A DNA stretch of 64,000 nucleotides. Source: Octopus vulgaris. Its lineage: Eukaryota. The notes under the pieces were generated by a model, which was given only the letters and a program-made list of their open reading frames with translations, ran no database searches and had not been told where the DNA came from. Made by a program: the position numbers and the translations under genes. Below are positions 1-14,068 of the stretch, in pieces; position 1 is the stretch's first letter; each line of letters begins with the position of its first letter. The stretch is taken from contig OX597824.1 of NCBI GenBank assembly GCA_951406725.2, positions 85,002,001-85,066,000 of the forward strand. The letters run 5' to 3'.

Positions 1-638
1 GTATATAGGAAACAGTAAAGAATACATTCATTGTGGAAATCTTGTAGAGTCTCAAATTGGGTGAAACAAGTCTCATTCTCAAGGGTCACAGTGTGAAAAA
101 GTTCATCTACGATGCACTACAATGTAATGTGTTTTTAACATATGATATTTATGGAGAGATTTTCTCTCAGGCACAAAACAAAGCATCATACCCTTTCAAT
201 GGCGTTTATACATTTATTATGATACACCAATGAGAATTTTAATTTAATACTGTTTCAGTTGCAGTCACCAAATTATTTACAGCCCAGCAAGCTTTTTGCA
301 ACATCAGTGAATATATCATCCACTGTTTCCTATATATAAAACATGAATTTCATCTTAGGCACTGACAAACAGGGGCACAGTATTGACAAAACCCCAAGTG
401 AAGCATATCTACCATTCTTATGAGTCAATGTTGTGATGAAGTTTACCTTGCTTTGCTATGCATTGTGTTATAACATGTCTATGATAAGATTTTCTTTTGC
501 ACAAAAAACCCCCAGAGTATCTTGCCTTTTCAAATGTGTATATGCATTTAGTATGGTATATAAATGGCAAGTATGCATACATATATACTTATACATATTC
601 ATATATATATATATATATATACATACACACACACACAA

Positions 639-679
<41 letters not shown>

Positions 680-885
680 CACACACAAGTATATGTTAGT
701 ATATATATATATATATATATAAAATGAGATAGGGGTTGAAAATTCAACCCACCATGGGATAACATAATGCCTTTACTGTTATGTAATGGTGTAATAAAGT
801 ATTGATTGGGTATCATCTGATGGTTGATGTTTGATTGATTTAAGTATGTTTCTCCATTTTCTAATTTTGTAATATATATATATAT

Positions 886-1260
886 TCGTTTATTCTTTTA
901 TTTGTTTTAGTCATTTGACTGTGGCCATGCTGGAGCACCACCTTTAGTCGAACAAATCGACCCCAGAACTTATTCTTTGTTTGCCCAGTACTTATTCTAT
1001 CAGTCTGTTTTGCCAAACTGCTAAGTTACGAGGGTGTAAACATGCCAATATCAGTTGTCAAGCAATGGTGGGGGGAAACAGACACAGATACATACATACA
1101 AAAACGATGGGCTTCTTTCAGTTTTGTCTACCAAATCCACTCACAAGGCTTTAGTCAGCTTGAGGCTATAGTAGAAGACACTCGCTCAAGGTGTCACACA
1201 GTGGGACTGAACTCGGAACCATGTGGTTGAGAATCAAGCTCCTTACCACACAGCCACTCC
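886..1260 (-). mobile_element. tRNA-derived SINE family A
   Basis: Head GGAGTGGCTGTGTGGTAAG...GGTTCCG.GTTCAGTCCCAC (A/B-box-like), internal microsatellite, tail ...CAGTCAAATGACTGAAACAAGTAAAAGAG; ~16 copies or fragments in the window. Confidence 0.8.
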
Positions 1261-1473
1261 TTACACACACACACACATGTATATATATGTATATATATCA
1301 TCATTATCATCAAATTTTAATGTCCACTTTTCCAGGTATTTGTTGAGTAGCTTTTCTACACCTAAATTTTCTTCCTGTGTATGTATGCGGATATCATATA
1401 TATAACTTACTACTACGATGGAAAAACTTAGGACGAATACACGAGTTTATATATACATTTCTCTCTCTCTCTT

Positions 1474-1515
<42 letters not shown>

Positions 1516-1596
1516 TACATATACACACATATATTTATATATATATACATGCATACATATATATATATATATACATATATAGATATTTATATATAA

Positions 1597-1640
<44 letters not shown>

Positions 1641-1889
1641 CATATATATATATATATATACACATACATATATATTTATATATACATATATATATATATA
1701 GATATTTATATATAAATACATATATATAAATACATACATATATATTAATATATATATATATACATACATATATATATATTTATATATATATATATATATG
1801 TAACACGTGCACGCGCACACATACATACATATATACGTTGGGTGTGTGTGTGTCAGTTGCAGATGTAATACTCGAAATATGTAGATCAC

Positions 1890-2961
1890 AGTTTACGATT
1901 ACGTTCGTTTTGGCCATCCGTCGAAACGACAAGTAACTGTTTGCATTTCAAGAGCAGTTAATGACTATTCGCATTGCCCGGATGTTGGATAGCTTTCTCT
2001 GTACGAAAGTTACTAACAATCTTAATATTGCCGGGACGCACTTCGCCGTCGGAAAGGATGTAGAAAATTATTTGAAAATCATTCATTTTGTAGGTTATTA
2101 TTTTTTTTTAAAGTATTTTTTTGATATCGTTCGACGTTTTAAAATATTGCGTTACTCTATATGTTGAAAAAAAATCATTTAATGAGATTCAAAAATATAA
2201 AAATATATTTATAAATATCCTTTTTTTTTTCGAAACGGTAGATGCAATAAATAAGTTTTATACTAAAGGTTGAAATTAGTATGAAAATATATCAAAATCA
2301 CTCTTTGACTATAATTAACCCGCAAAAGAAACAAACCACACTCTCTTATTATTATTATCATCTCATTTAAAATTTTTTCTATTACTAAATAAATTTATTT
2401 CGTTTTATTTAGGATTTTTTTATTGTTTATTCATTTATTTATTTATTTCGTAAATCAATTTAATTTGTACTTTTAAGGGACTGCACATTTAGTGCGGAAC
2501 GATATTTCATGATTTCAATCAACTTCCACTTGGAAACTTTTTGTTACATGCTTCGGAAAAAATTATAACAGAATTATTAAAAAATATAAACTGAGTGAAA
2601 TCTTACAAGAAATATTAAAAAAAAATCTACTTTATTAATATGTGACATCATTTTGCCGACGAACGAAATTTACAGCTTCCGGTTTGATAAGGCGGAATTA
2701 AGACTCTCCATACTAAGGGAAGTCACTCAGTTCATTAATAGTTTTAAGATCAATTAATCTTCGCAATAATATATTATTACTTTTACTTTTACTTTTATAT
2801 TGAAGTATATATTTTAATTTTTATAATTATAATAATTGTTTTTAATTACGAATTTTTTAAAATTCAATATTTCCTACCAAAATGTACTGAAATCAACACG
2901 AACAATTTTGATGCAATCCGGATTCGTTTCGTCAAATTTATCAATTACGTTACAGGTAATA
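1890..2961. promoter_or_regulatory. Possible promoter region (CpG-retaining, ETS-like CTTCCGG near 2676, + strand donor CAG|gtaata after 2955)
   Basis: Repeat-free CpG-rich stretch with an ETS-like motif and a splice donor; weak evidence. Confidence 0.2.
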
Positions 2962-3239
2962 TTTCAGTTCGTTTGACACAAATCTATTTTTTTAAAAAAT
3001 AAACTAGATTTGTCAGCTGTTTTCCAGGTCAAATGCCGATAATATTTTCCATTGGTTTATAATTATGTTAGCTTTTTCCACCCTTTATTCTTATTAGCCT
3101 AGTGAAAGCATGTTATTAATCTCCCTTCCTTCCTGAACTGTTGTAAATCCTTTTCTAATTTCCATTCCAACTTCTAATCAATTTTATTTTAAACCTCATG
3201 CTATCTCTATAATACACGCACACACACAGACACACACAC

Positions 3240-3273
<34 letters not shown>

Positions 3274-4188
3274 CTTAAGTTTGCGTCACATGTAAAGTAC
3301 AGGACTTTAAGGATACACCTTTGTTGTGAATAATATGTATATGTGTGTGACTATGAAAATGAAACCAGTTTATCTTTTCTTTGTACACGTTTTTTTCCAT
3401 GACGCCCCACAAAAAGAGAAGCACTCCCCGCGCGCGAACATGCATTATCTGTGACGCAACTAGGGTAGGGTACTGCCTCACATTGGGCAATCGTATAATT
3501 GGAAATCCAAAGATAAAAAAAAAAGGGGGTTAAACAAGAAGACATTTGCCATGCTGCTTACTTAAATGAATAAGGAGTATTTAAAAACTGAATCTTTAAT
3601 TTTATTTTAAATACAAATACTTCAGCTTACAGGAAATGGCTATGATCCGTTTGTGTACTTTACATGTGTATGCTCTTTTAAGTTCTGATCGGGCAGAAAG
3701 CTTTCTATATATAAAACTATCTTGTTTTTTTTTTAAAGAACCCCACTACTACATTAGTCAAACGCTTTTCAAATTATACCGTGTGATATAAGGAGATGTG
3801 GCTACTGTTTCTAGCAACGTATTAAAAATTACGAACAGTGTTTTAGATTCACGAAATGTTTTTCTTCCCGTTTGAGCGCTTATCCCCGGCGACAATCAAT
3901 TTGCGTTCGTTTAGTAATATGAAATCATTAACCAGATTAACAGTATGAAGAACACGACCAGTTGCCCCACCCTCTAAACACTACATACCCATTGATACAC
4001 TGGCAGCCAAACCTACTAAACACTCACACACACAGCATATACTAACGTGGGTATAGGCACACACGCACACGGATCTCACAAGACTGCAGTCAATCAGAAC
4101 TTCTTAACATGCTTTCTGCTCACTCATACGCTTACTCCCACACACACACATTCTTATAAGTACTGGCACACTAACCAATCTCACGTAC

Positions 4189-4387
4189 CCACATCAAATT
4201 GCATACATTCTCTCTCATGTTACTATTAATCTTGCCTTGGTTTATTCTCCTCATCAACATAGTCACGATGTTGCTATCAGCATTATCAATATGGCTCGCC
4301 CTCAAAATTGAGGCCGTGGAACCAGAAAACATGAGCTTTTGACGAACCGACTTAGGGTACTTAAAGATCTTGAACGACACAAAAACC
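4189..4387 (-). other. Candidate exon of an unidentified minus-strand gene
   Basis: Minus-strand acceptor atttttgtttag| and donor TGG|gtacgt bracket an open frame (VFVSFKIFKYPKSVRQKLMFSGSTASILRASHIDNADSNIVTMLMRRINQGKINSNMRENVCNLMW); no recognised homology. Confidence 0.25.
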
Positions 4388-5262
4388 CTAAACAAAAATA
4401 TCTTTGTGCCTAACGGGCTGGATTAGATGCTTTATAAACTTAGATATTTCAACTCGGTTTTTCTGTTTCCTGTGTCGGAAACATTGAAAAGTGAAGGGGC
4501 AATCGGTAGTAGTAGTAGTGATAATATATAGTTATAGTGGAGTAGACCGGTTTATGGGGTTATTCTAGGTTTCTCGCTCATAAGGCGAATCATCAGACCC
4601 CAAACACTGCTGGCCTGAGACCTGTGTGTGTGTATATATATAGGATAGTATTTTAAAAGGGAAACTGAGAAAGGTTTAGCGATGGAGAATAAGAATTCAG
4701 TGAAGGTTAGCAGGGAAATTATAAGATAAATGGTTTTGGAGCGGACAAATGTGCTGGTGAACGGTTTTTCTTTTCCTTTTGTTACCGAAGGTTGTGTTGC
4801 TATAGCAAAAATGTACTTTGAGGGTAAACTAATCTGCATTTGGAACCCAGTTTATAAAAGCTAGATTTGTTCGTTTGTGCCTTTACATTGTAATTGAAAG
4901 CCAGTTCGAATCATTCCCACTTGTGTCAGCCAGAGAGTGGGTCGTTCTACTGAGAAAAGACGCGAGCAAACGAGACATGAGACAGAATTATTTTAAATTT
5001 CTGAATATTTTAATATATTTTAATGGCGAAGAAAATAGCGTCTTTTTTTTTTTTTTGAAGCGTCCTTATATGCGTTTCTGAGAAACATTACGCGGGTTGA
5101 CGTTAGTCTTATGCGATACGGTATTTTTCTTTTCTTCAGCCCTAGGATTCGTAACACCATTTATCCGGCTTCCATGGCATACAAATGACCGATATCGCAA
5201 TATTCTTCCTGAATGGGATGTCGGTCCGTTGGCAGGACTCAAGGCCTGCTATTTCGGGGGAA

Positions 5263-5351
5263 GGTAAAGAATATGTCACACCACCCGTTTTGGGCGGTTA
5301 GGGCTAAGGTTCCGGTTACGCCGAAAACGAGTGGGGTGCGTATTCTTTATC
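5263..5351. mobile_element. Small palindromic MITE with a TTAGGG-like spacer
   Basis: aaagaatatgtcacaccacccgttttgggcg / cgccgaaaacgagtggggtgcgtattcttt around gttagggctaaggttccggtta. Confidence 0.55.
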
Positions 5352-5494
5352 TCTGGCAAATTTCGAGGGGAAGGGGCTTATTTTATTGACTCGAAAGGAA
5401 TGAACGTAAAGAGCTGAAAGAAATACCACCAAGCGTTTTCCTCCGACGGTTAATAATTCTGCCAGCTCTCCACCTTATAGAATACAATAATATA

Positions 5495-5727
5495 TATTTC
5501 TTTATTGCCCACAAGGAGCTAAACATAGAGGGGACAAACAAGGACAGACAAAGAGATTAAGTTGATTACATCGACCCCAGTGCGTAACTGGTACTTAATT
5601 TATCGACCCCGAAAGGATGAAAGGCAAAGTCGACCTCGGCGGAATTTGAACACAGAATGTAACGACAGACGAAATACCACTAAGCATTTCGCCCGACGCG
5701 CTAACGTGTCTGCCAGTTCGCCGCCTT
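5495..5727 (-). mobile_element. tRNA-like SINE family B
   Basis: Head GGCGGCGAGCTGGCAGAA.CGTTAGC...GAGTTCAAATTCC (B-box), tail ...TGTGGG..TAAAGAAATA; ~14 loci in the window. Confidence 0.85.
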
Positions 5728-6137
5728 AAGGTGTATATCTGGTTCCGAAAAAGACTAATCGTTCACCATAGTGGATCATTGGTACTTGACTGTTGTCTGA
5801 GAAGCAACCAGTTTCGGACTTTTCCTTAGGTGCGGGACAGTCACAGCGAAATAATGTCAACTGCTCAGTAGTAAAAGCGAATCGTCTCTTGATCCATGTT
5901 TTGTTTTGAGTTCAAGATATATCCTTTTCTCGCTTATGTTGGTTCTCAATCTTTTATTGCGAAAGCTGAACACATCGTTGGGCCCACTGGTTGAGTTGGG
6001 TCATCAGAGACTTGCGTGAACTTAAGCGAACTCGAAGAGCCATACATAAAAATAACTAATATATTTTTTAATTAACTTTCACATTTTTTAAAAATCTAAG
6101 CATAGTGTCATAGAATTTATCGATAACGTTTTTAGAT

Positions 6138-6418
6138 CAGTGGTTCCTGAAGTGGGCGGTATTGTCCCCCCCCCCCTGGGGGCGGTGAAGAGTTCCAGGG
6201 GGGCGTTGAAGAAAAGTGGGGCGACACTGGGGTAGCAATTCATGTAAAAATAACAAAATAAAGGGTTCATTAGATTAAGGTTTATTTGTGAAATACAGTT
6301 GCTTTGAATTTGCTTCAGAAAGAGGTCTATGTTTGTGATGGTTAGTTAAGGTGGGGGGCGCTAGAAATGTGGCTTGTATGTCAAGGGGGCGGCAGTCCAG
6401 CATGTTTGAAATCCACTG
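6138..6418. mobile_element. hAT-type MITE
   Basis: CAGTGG...CCACTG termini with a perfect 8-bp TSD TTTTAGAT (6130-6137, 6419-6426). Confidence 0.85.
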
Positions 6419-6680
6419 TTTTAGATAAATTAGTATTCATCTGTAATTACTATAGAAACCATGTTGAGGTATCAGCAATCTCAAAATCTTAAGCTGGTTT
6501 GTGTGGTGCTCCCCACCTCGTGGTGATTTGATTTTTGTGAAGACCCATAGTTCATCGATCCTGCCAAACACTCCAGATCTGCTAAGCTTTACTGGATTAT
6601 CTGTGGTGACCAACTTACAACGTTTCACATCAAATGATTAATTCTCTTTCGATATCGGTTCCTTCAAACTCTCTGGATTT

Positions 6681-6747
<67 letters not shown>

Positions 6748-7599
6748 TTCAGGAGGTTGGTTCATAAATACTTTTTAAACTTCCTTATAAAAGTAAAGAA
6801 TCCCAGAAAGCCATATAAAGCTAAAGAACGCTAGTCATTGATGCTCATCGTCTTTATCCCCTAAAGTGGAATATTTTCGAGATGACAGCTGAAATTAACT
6901 AGGACAGCTGATCTTAGAATTAGTCGCTTAAGGAGTAAAATGTATAACAGTCATCGTCTATCGATGGAGCGAGAATTCAATAAAGCATTCCTTCCAGGGG
7001 TATGTATTTAGCTAGTGTGCTTAAATTACTTGACGAAGAGCTGATGTCATCCTTTGAGATGTACGCTTTCCTGCTCGAAGATAAATACAAGACGAGGCTT
7101 AATGACTGACTGATATTTGGAGCTTCTCAGACGCTCGTATCTCCCCGCTGAATGTATAACAAAATTAGAACATTCATCTTCCAGTTTCTACAAAGGGTTA
7201 GTGTATGGAATCACACTGCGCTACTTTATTTTAGAGGATTATTTTTTTGAGAATGATTGATTATATATATTACTCGATTCAGTTATTAGACTGTGGCCAT
7301 ACTGAGGTACCACTTTCAAGAATTTGTAGTCGAATGAATCGACTCCAGTACTTATTTTTGTGTTAAGCCTAGTAATTTATCGGGCTCTTTTTGCTGAACC
7401 GCTATGTTACGGTACGTAAACACATCAATCTCTTTGTCAAATGTTGCTGGGGGACAAACACAAAGACGTCCGTCTAAAATCCACTCACAAAGGTTTGGTC
7501 AGCCCGAGGCTGTAGTAGAAGAGGCCCGAATTTGACACACAGTTGGACTGAACCCGGAACCATGTGGTTGGGAAGAAAGCTTCTTGCCACACAGCTACG

Positions 7600-7686
<87 letters not shown>

Positions 7687-8002
7687 TAATAAACACAGGG
7701 TCTATATTAGTAGATTGCATAATGATTGCGGCATAGTACACTGAATGTTATAAAAGCAAGTCCGATAACTGTACTATCCAACTATGAAACTTCAAGTAGC
7801 TCACCTAATCCTGCGGTTATTTAACGATATGTATATCTTACTGGATATTGTTGGATCTCTAAGTATGAAACTATCAGTAGCTCTTTTGTAAATTGTGTTT
7901 ATTAAATGATATTTATCTCTCACTTGCTGGAGTACATTTTTTTTTGGTTGATCCTACCAATAACGAACAGTGCGGCCACTTGCTTGAGAGGCCATAGACC
8001 AA

Positions 8003-8080
8003 CGGGTTTTGGCGTCTGAAGAAACGCTGTCATGCTGAGCACCTTATGGACGTGAAACCCAAGGTAACCTCATAGACCGG
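8003..8080 (+). ncRNA. Degenerate hammerhead-like motif
   Basis: CTGAAGA (8016) -A-ACG...CGT- GAAA (8054) -CC(CAA)GG-TA; stem I only partly complementary. Confidence 0.4.
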
Positions 8081-8223
8081 CCATATCTATCTATATTCTC
8101 TACAGCTCTATGACTACTCTTTCGGATTTATGATTTCCTGACTATATATATATAAATTAGAAAAAAACACCTTTCATCAATTCAATAATGAAAAATTAAA
8201 TTACACCATCTAGAAAATTACAC

Positions 8224-8282
<59 letters not shown>

Positions 8283-8524
8283 TATAGATGCAGCACGAAG
8301 TTTTGTCAGTGAACAGGTCGCGGTCTGAAAGCGACGAAAACATTTTGACAAATTAAATTTAAATGTTGAAGTGAATCGAACGGTTTTTGTGCGTTTCTTA
8401 AATGGCTTACAAACACCTTCCACGCTGCAATTGTTTTCGTTCCAGCACACGAATCTCAGATCAGGTCACTTGCTATGCAAGTACATCTCCGTAATATATA
8501 CACATACATATATATATATATATT

Positions 8525-8561
<37 letters not shown>

Positions 8562-8843
8562 CTTCAACTGGTGTGGAAGTGATAACAAGCAGTAGTGCTA
8601 GTGTGTGGATAAGCCATACTAAGCATGTTATTGAGATGAGATGGGAACAATATAGACATAATCTGTCTCTTGTCTCGGTGATGAACAGCTGTTGCTGCGT
8701 GTAGGACGAGTCCAGTTGTCAACTGTTGTCCGCTGTGAAGGTCGTCTTGTCACGCCACCTTTGGCAAGGACGGCGGTGCAGTTTTTCTCCGTCAGGCGGC
8801 TACGACAAAAAAAGTATATATATATATATATAAATATAACTTA

Positions 8844-8879
<36 letters not shown>

Positions 8880-9589
8880 TCGGGTCGTGGTGTAGCCGAG
8901 TTTGAGCTTTTCCCCCCTCGAATGAACACCCACCTCCCCAAATATCATGTTCGAGTAGGAGGATTGGATTCTGTGGGGCCCCGCCTTCCGAGATGAATAC
9001 TATTACATGTTGCATGTGTGCGACCGGTTTGAGATGGGTGGATGCTTCGATCTGTCAGTTTCATTTTGTAAACTGGAACATGGAAGCAATCGGTGTTTTT
9101 GGAGCACTTTGATCTAAATCCGTAAAGACTACCCACTTCGTCTTTTTGGCGGGTCCCTATTACACACAGACACACACACACACACACAGAGTTTTAATAC
9201 TCCATATGGTTACATGTATGTATAGAATTACATCATATTGTACTGTATTCGATCTGTTCTTGTGGCACATTGAGAAGAAAAAACACATCTTCCTCGCAGT
9301 TAAAGCCATCGACACCGCCACCACCATCATCATCATCATCGCTGCCGTTCCTTGTTGCCATCGTTCCTGTTGTTGCTGGAGTGACTTCATTACTGTTGCT
9401 GTTGTTATTGCCGCCTTTGCTGCTGCTACTACAGTTTTACTACTACTACTACTGCTACTACTACTTTTACTGCCGCTGTTGTTGTTGTTGTTTTTGATTT
9501 TATTATTGATGTTGTTGTTGTTTTCGTTGTTGCTTTCATCTCAAGTCCATAAGCTTGCAGAGCTCCTCTCCTCTCTGCTGCTGCTCTGT

Positions 9590-9960
9590 CTTTTGTTATC
9601 GATCGATCGGTCGTCGGTCGAGACGAAACCTAGGCTATGCCAGCCCAGCTAAAAGGAAGCTTGTAAATGATAAGGTGAGGTCGGCGGCGGCGGGCGAGCG
9701 GGCCGGCGGGGCGGTTGTTAAGTAGTGGAGAGGGGGGAAGGGTAAGGGGGGAGTTTACCAGGAAGTAGATTCAGAGTGGAGTGCGGCGGCGGCGGTGGCA
9801 AAGATGCTGTTCAGGGGGGGGGCGCCGACGGTGGAATAACATTGCGGGATGGCGCTAGATTCGCGTATGAGATACATCGGTTAGAGGAAAGGAAAGCAAT
9901 GTATGTCATTCCCTCCACCCCCGCTCTCCGCCCTCCGCCAACACCTCGCCGCCACACCGA
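9590..9960. promoter_or_regulatory. CpG/GC-rich island, candidate promoter or first non-coding exon, with + strand donor AAG|gtgagg after 9674
   Basis: Dense CpG and GGCGG runs against an AT-rich background; consensus-like donor; UTR-like trinucleotide tracts to the left. Confidence 0.4.
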
Positions 9961-10105
9961 AGTTAATATATAAGACTTTTTTAGTTATATAATGGAGGGA
10001 TTCTCTTTGGCTTGTTGTAGTCAGTCGAACTGTAGTCTAATTGTGTGACTTGTTGGGCTGTTAAGTTCTGTAGTGAAAGTGGTGTGTTTAGATGTGCATG
10101 TGTGT

Positions 10106-10165
<60 letters not shown>

Positions 10166-10794
10166 GTGTGTGTGTGTGTGTACGTGGTCATCGATTTTAT
10201 AGCTTTGGATGATTTGGCACAAAATCATTCTGACTCATTCACAATTGCATTTACTTACGGTTTGTCTGCCCATATGTATGTGTGTGCGTGCACACATACA
10301 CACACACATATATTCATATAAACTATATATGTACATATATATATATATATATACAAACTATACACACACACACGTACACACGCACATATGTATATATCTA
10401 CTATATGTCAATATGTCCATTTTGTCTGGTTTATGCCCATCTCTTATAGTCCGTTGGCTCTCTTTCTATGTATTTATGTCCATCTCACACCTGTCAGTCA
10501 CTTTATCTTTGTTCGTTTCTCCATCCGTCCATTTATCATCTCAAGTTCTCGGGGCCGAAGCGGATGGAGAGCGGTCCACCTCAAGTGATGCTTTTATAGG
10601 AGCGTCACTTTTGGGTCTGCTGTGTAAACCTGGATAAGCTGTATTGGCCCGAAGAGGTGTGGAGGAGCAAATTCAAAGGCTGCCCGACACGGCACACACT
10701 TCAGCTACGCCAATAGTGGTAGGTAGATTTAATCTGTTTGCTTAACACCATCAAACCGGATCTTTAATGTCTTTAACAGACTTCACTTTGTAAC

Positions 10795-11218
10795 TCTTTT
10801 ACTCTCTTTTTACTTACCTGTTTCAGTCATTTGACTGCGGCCCCGGGACTTATTCTTTGTAAGCCTAGTACTTATTCTATCGGTCTGTTTTGCCGAACCG
10901 CTAAGTTACGGGGACATAAACACACCTGCATCGGTTGTCAAGCGATGTTGGAGGGACAAACACAGACACACAAACACACACACATACACACACATATATA
11001 TATATACACATATATATATACACATATATATACACACATATATATATACACATATATACGATGGGCTTCTTTCAGTTTCCGTCTACCAAATCCACTCACA
11101 AGGCTTTGGTCGGCCCAAGGCTATAGTAGAAGATACTTGCCCAAGGTGCCACGCAGTGGGACTGAACCCGGAACCATGTGGTTGGTAAGCAAGCTACTTA
11201 CCACACAGCCACTCCTGC
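10795..11218 (-). mobile_element. SINE family A
   Basis: Same head, body and tail as 886-1260. Confidence 0.85.
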
Positions 11219-11696
11219 GTCTAATTGAACGTTTCCTACTCATTGTGACTGTTAGAGTTTCCACAGAAGTCATTTATTTATAAACTTTCGATTGGGCTCC
11301 TACAGGGCCAGCCCTTGATGTTCCTTATTCACTGAGGTTGTTAACAGTACTGCAGAAACCATTTATAAAAGAACGTTTTCTACTCATTGAGGTTTATTAG
11401 AATCACAGAATGTCCTGCTTATAAAGGTTGTTAGGGGCATCACAAGTTTATAAGTATATTTGTAAATAAAGGTTCTCTACTATTTAAAATCTAAAAAATT
11501 TCACAGAAACTGTTCGTAAATGAATGTTCCCCTGCTTACTGAAGTTCTTTGGGTCACTGCAAAAACCTGTTTTAGGAGCACCACAGAAACATTTGAAGCT
11601 GTTCTTTGGTGCATCAATAAGCTAATAAAACAAAGAAGAGACTTATAACCCATTGGGTCACAGGTGTTTTGACAGCAATGACTGTGGTGGACAAAT

Positions 11697-12104
11697 TCTT
11701 TTATTCTTTTATTTATTTCAGTCATTTGACTGCGGCCAGGCTGGAGCACCACCTTTTAGTCGAACAAATCGACCCCAGGACTTATTCTTTATAAGCCTAG
11801 TACTTATTCTATCGGTCTCTTTAGCTGAACCGCTAAGTTACGAGACGTTAACACACCAGCATCAGTTGTCATGCAATGTTGGAGGACAAACACACACACA
11901 AACATGCACACACACATACACACATGCACACACACACATATATATATTCGACGGGCTTCTTCCAGTTTCCACCTACCAAATCCACTCACAAGACTTTGGT
12001 CGGCCCAAGGCTATAGTAGAAGACATTTGCCCAAGGTGCCACACAGTGGACTGAACCTGGAACCATGTGGTTGGTAAGCAAGCTACTTACCACACAGCAA
12101 CTCC
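11697..12104 (-). mobile_element. SINE family A
   Basis: Full-length family match. Confidence 0.85.
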
Positions 12105-12451
12105 ATGATTCAAGTTGAGCCAATGGAACATGCAGTTCTCTGAACCAAACTTACAATGGTCTTAGTCTTAATCTTAAAAGACATAATTCCGCACCTAACA
12201 TTGGGGCAGTAAACTGTCACATTATGCTGGTTGTCTTCTGCTGGGCAGAAACTCGGACAGTGTTGTGAGCAATGGAAAAAAAGGGAGATGTAGATCCTTC
12301 GTAGATAGGCAGAATAAACTGGAAAGATAGAACATGCTGCAGTATTAGAAAAGCTGAAAGTTCAACTCACTGCCAAATACCATTCCTTACAGGAATTCTA
12401 AAAGGGAAGCGAGCAAGAGGCTATCAAAAATGTTTGTGGATTGGTAATATT

Positions 12452-12700
12452 CATCATCATCATCGTTTAACCTTCACTTTCCATGCTAGCATGGGTTGGA
12501 CGGTTTGACTGAGGACTGGCGAACCAGATGGCTGCACCAGGCTCCAATCTTGATCTGGCAGAGTTTCTACAGCTGGATGCCCTTCCTAACGCCAACCACT
12601 CCGAGAGTGTAGTGGGTGCTTTTATGTGCCACTGGCACGGGGGCCAGTCATGCGGTACTGTCAACGACCTCGCTCGAATGTTTTTACACGTGCCACTCTG
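12452..12700 (-). mobile_element. Family D retroposon 3' end with (GAT)n tail (RTE-like tail)
   Basis: GTGGTTGGCGTTAGGAAGGGCATCCAGCTGTAGAAAC...CATGGAAA...GTTAAACGATGATG; other copies near 18395, 19066, 21238, 26022 and 40878. Confidence 0.75.
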
Positions 12701-13087
12701 ATATATAAAAGGACAGGGTGGGCATTGTCTAAATATCTTTGATCAGAGGTCTGCTCTGTTACGGCTGATCAGGAATTAAGCAACAACAACAGCAATTATA
12801 TTGATCTCATGAAACCTATTTTAGTTGAGCAGTACTTCTTTGTTTAGCTTCTATATGGTCACTCAACTTGCTAGAAATAGCAGCCAACTCCCAAATCATA
12901 CACTAATGCTTTGAAAAAGGATGTGCATTTTGGATAATGTTGTACCAGAGACCGTGTCTGGATTAAAAAAATAAAAGTAAGATGAAATGGAAGTGCTTGG
13001 AATTCCTTTGAAAGAGCTTTACTAGAGCAAGGCTGACTTGGGGCTAAACAGACAACATCAGCTTGTTTGCAGTTGAACTATTAACAG

Positions 13088-13297
13088 TTAACCCATTCGT
13101 TACTGTATTTATTTTGAGATACTCTATGTTTGTTTCAATTAATTTTAGATATAACAAAGAATTTAGTAAAATAACTTAGTTATAATTCAGCTAATGTTAG
13201 GAACATAAATTGTGACTAAGGTTTGGTGGAAGATATTAATTCAAAACTTATGGAAACAAGACATTTGTACAACAGAGCCAGAGCCGGTTTCAGCCGG
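13088..13297 (+). mobile_element. piggyBac-type MITE (one end intact)
   Basis: TTAA|CCCATTCGTTAC terminus; body is the reverse complement of 29517-29720. Confidence 0.6.
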
Positions 13298-13639
13298 AAT
13301 ATGGAAACAGCACAGCATCAATGATTAGATATGGGACATTTTGACATTTTAAAACTTGCTGAAATTTGTTGCTATTGTTCATTAATAGTCTCTGGTCAGT
13401 CTTATTTGAGCAGACCTACAGCATGTAGGAAGTTTGATTAACTGTCTTGAGGTGATGCTTATAAATATAAAAATAGGTATTGGTCAATGACGAAGGGTTT
13501 TTCAGGTGTGATGGCCCTGTATTTTCCCTTTTATTAGCTACAGTATGTCTTCACATCCAGAACTATTTTATCCAAAGTGTCTTATTTTAGTTAAACAATA
13601 GGTTGAGATTTGAATAAGATATGGATGGTATATCTAGCT

Positions 13640-13675
<36 letters not shown>

Positions 13676-14068
13676 CATTGTCTTATATCAGGGGAAATTT
13701 TTTTGGATTGTAAAGTTGGCATGGGTGTTGGGAGTTGTATGAAATTAGTTGAATTAGTACAGAGTTTCAGGCTAATGTCTTGTGATATGAGTTAGTCCAC
13801 ATTACTCCGTAAGGAGCATAGGGCTGGTTTCCTTGTTTCTCTAGCATATACATTCCTCCCTGGATTGGATGCCAATCTGTCACAGGATTACTCATTTTTA
13901 CCAGCTGAGTGGACTGGAGCAATGTGAAATGAAGTTTTTTTGCTCAAGAACACAATGTATTACTTGCTCCAGGAATTGGAACCGCAATCTTACACTCATG
14001 AGTTCAACACCCTAACCACTAAGCCATGCACCTCCGCTTAGTATCTTGTGTTAGATGGAAGTAAAGTA

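Noticed and set aside
433-1889. Many YI/HT/CV-repeat ORFs here and throughout the window
   Set aside because: Translations of (TA)n, (CA)n and (ATGT)n microsatellites; no coding signal.
5919-5928. ATATCCTTT U12-type donor matches (also near 2215 and 16365)
   Set aside because: No supported upstream exon or U12 acceptor; expected by chance in AT-rich DNA.
7028-7092. TTGACGAA-GAGC...GCTC-GAAG hammerhead-like arrangement
   Set aside because: Both core boxes deviate and no stem III or cleavage triplet is present.
9146-9652. 168-aa ORF with poly-Leu resembling a membrane protein
   Set aside because: Derived from (CTA)/(GTT) trinucleotide tracts, non-ATG start, no recognisable domain.
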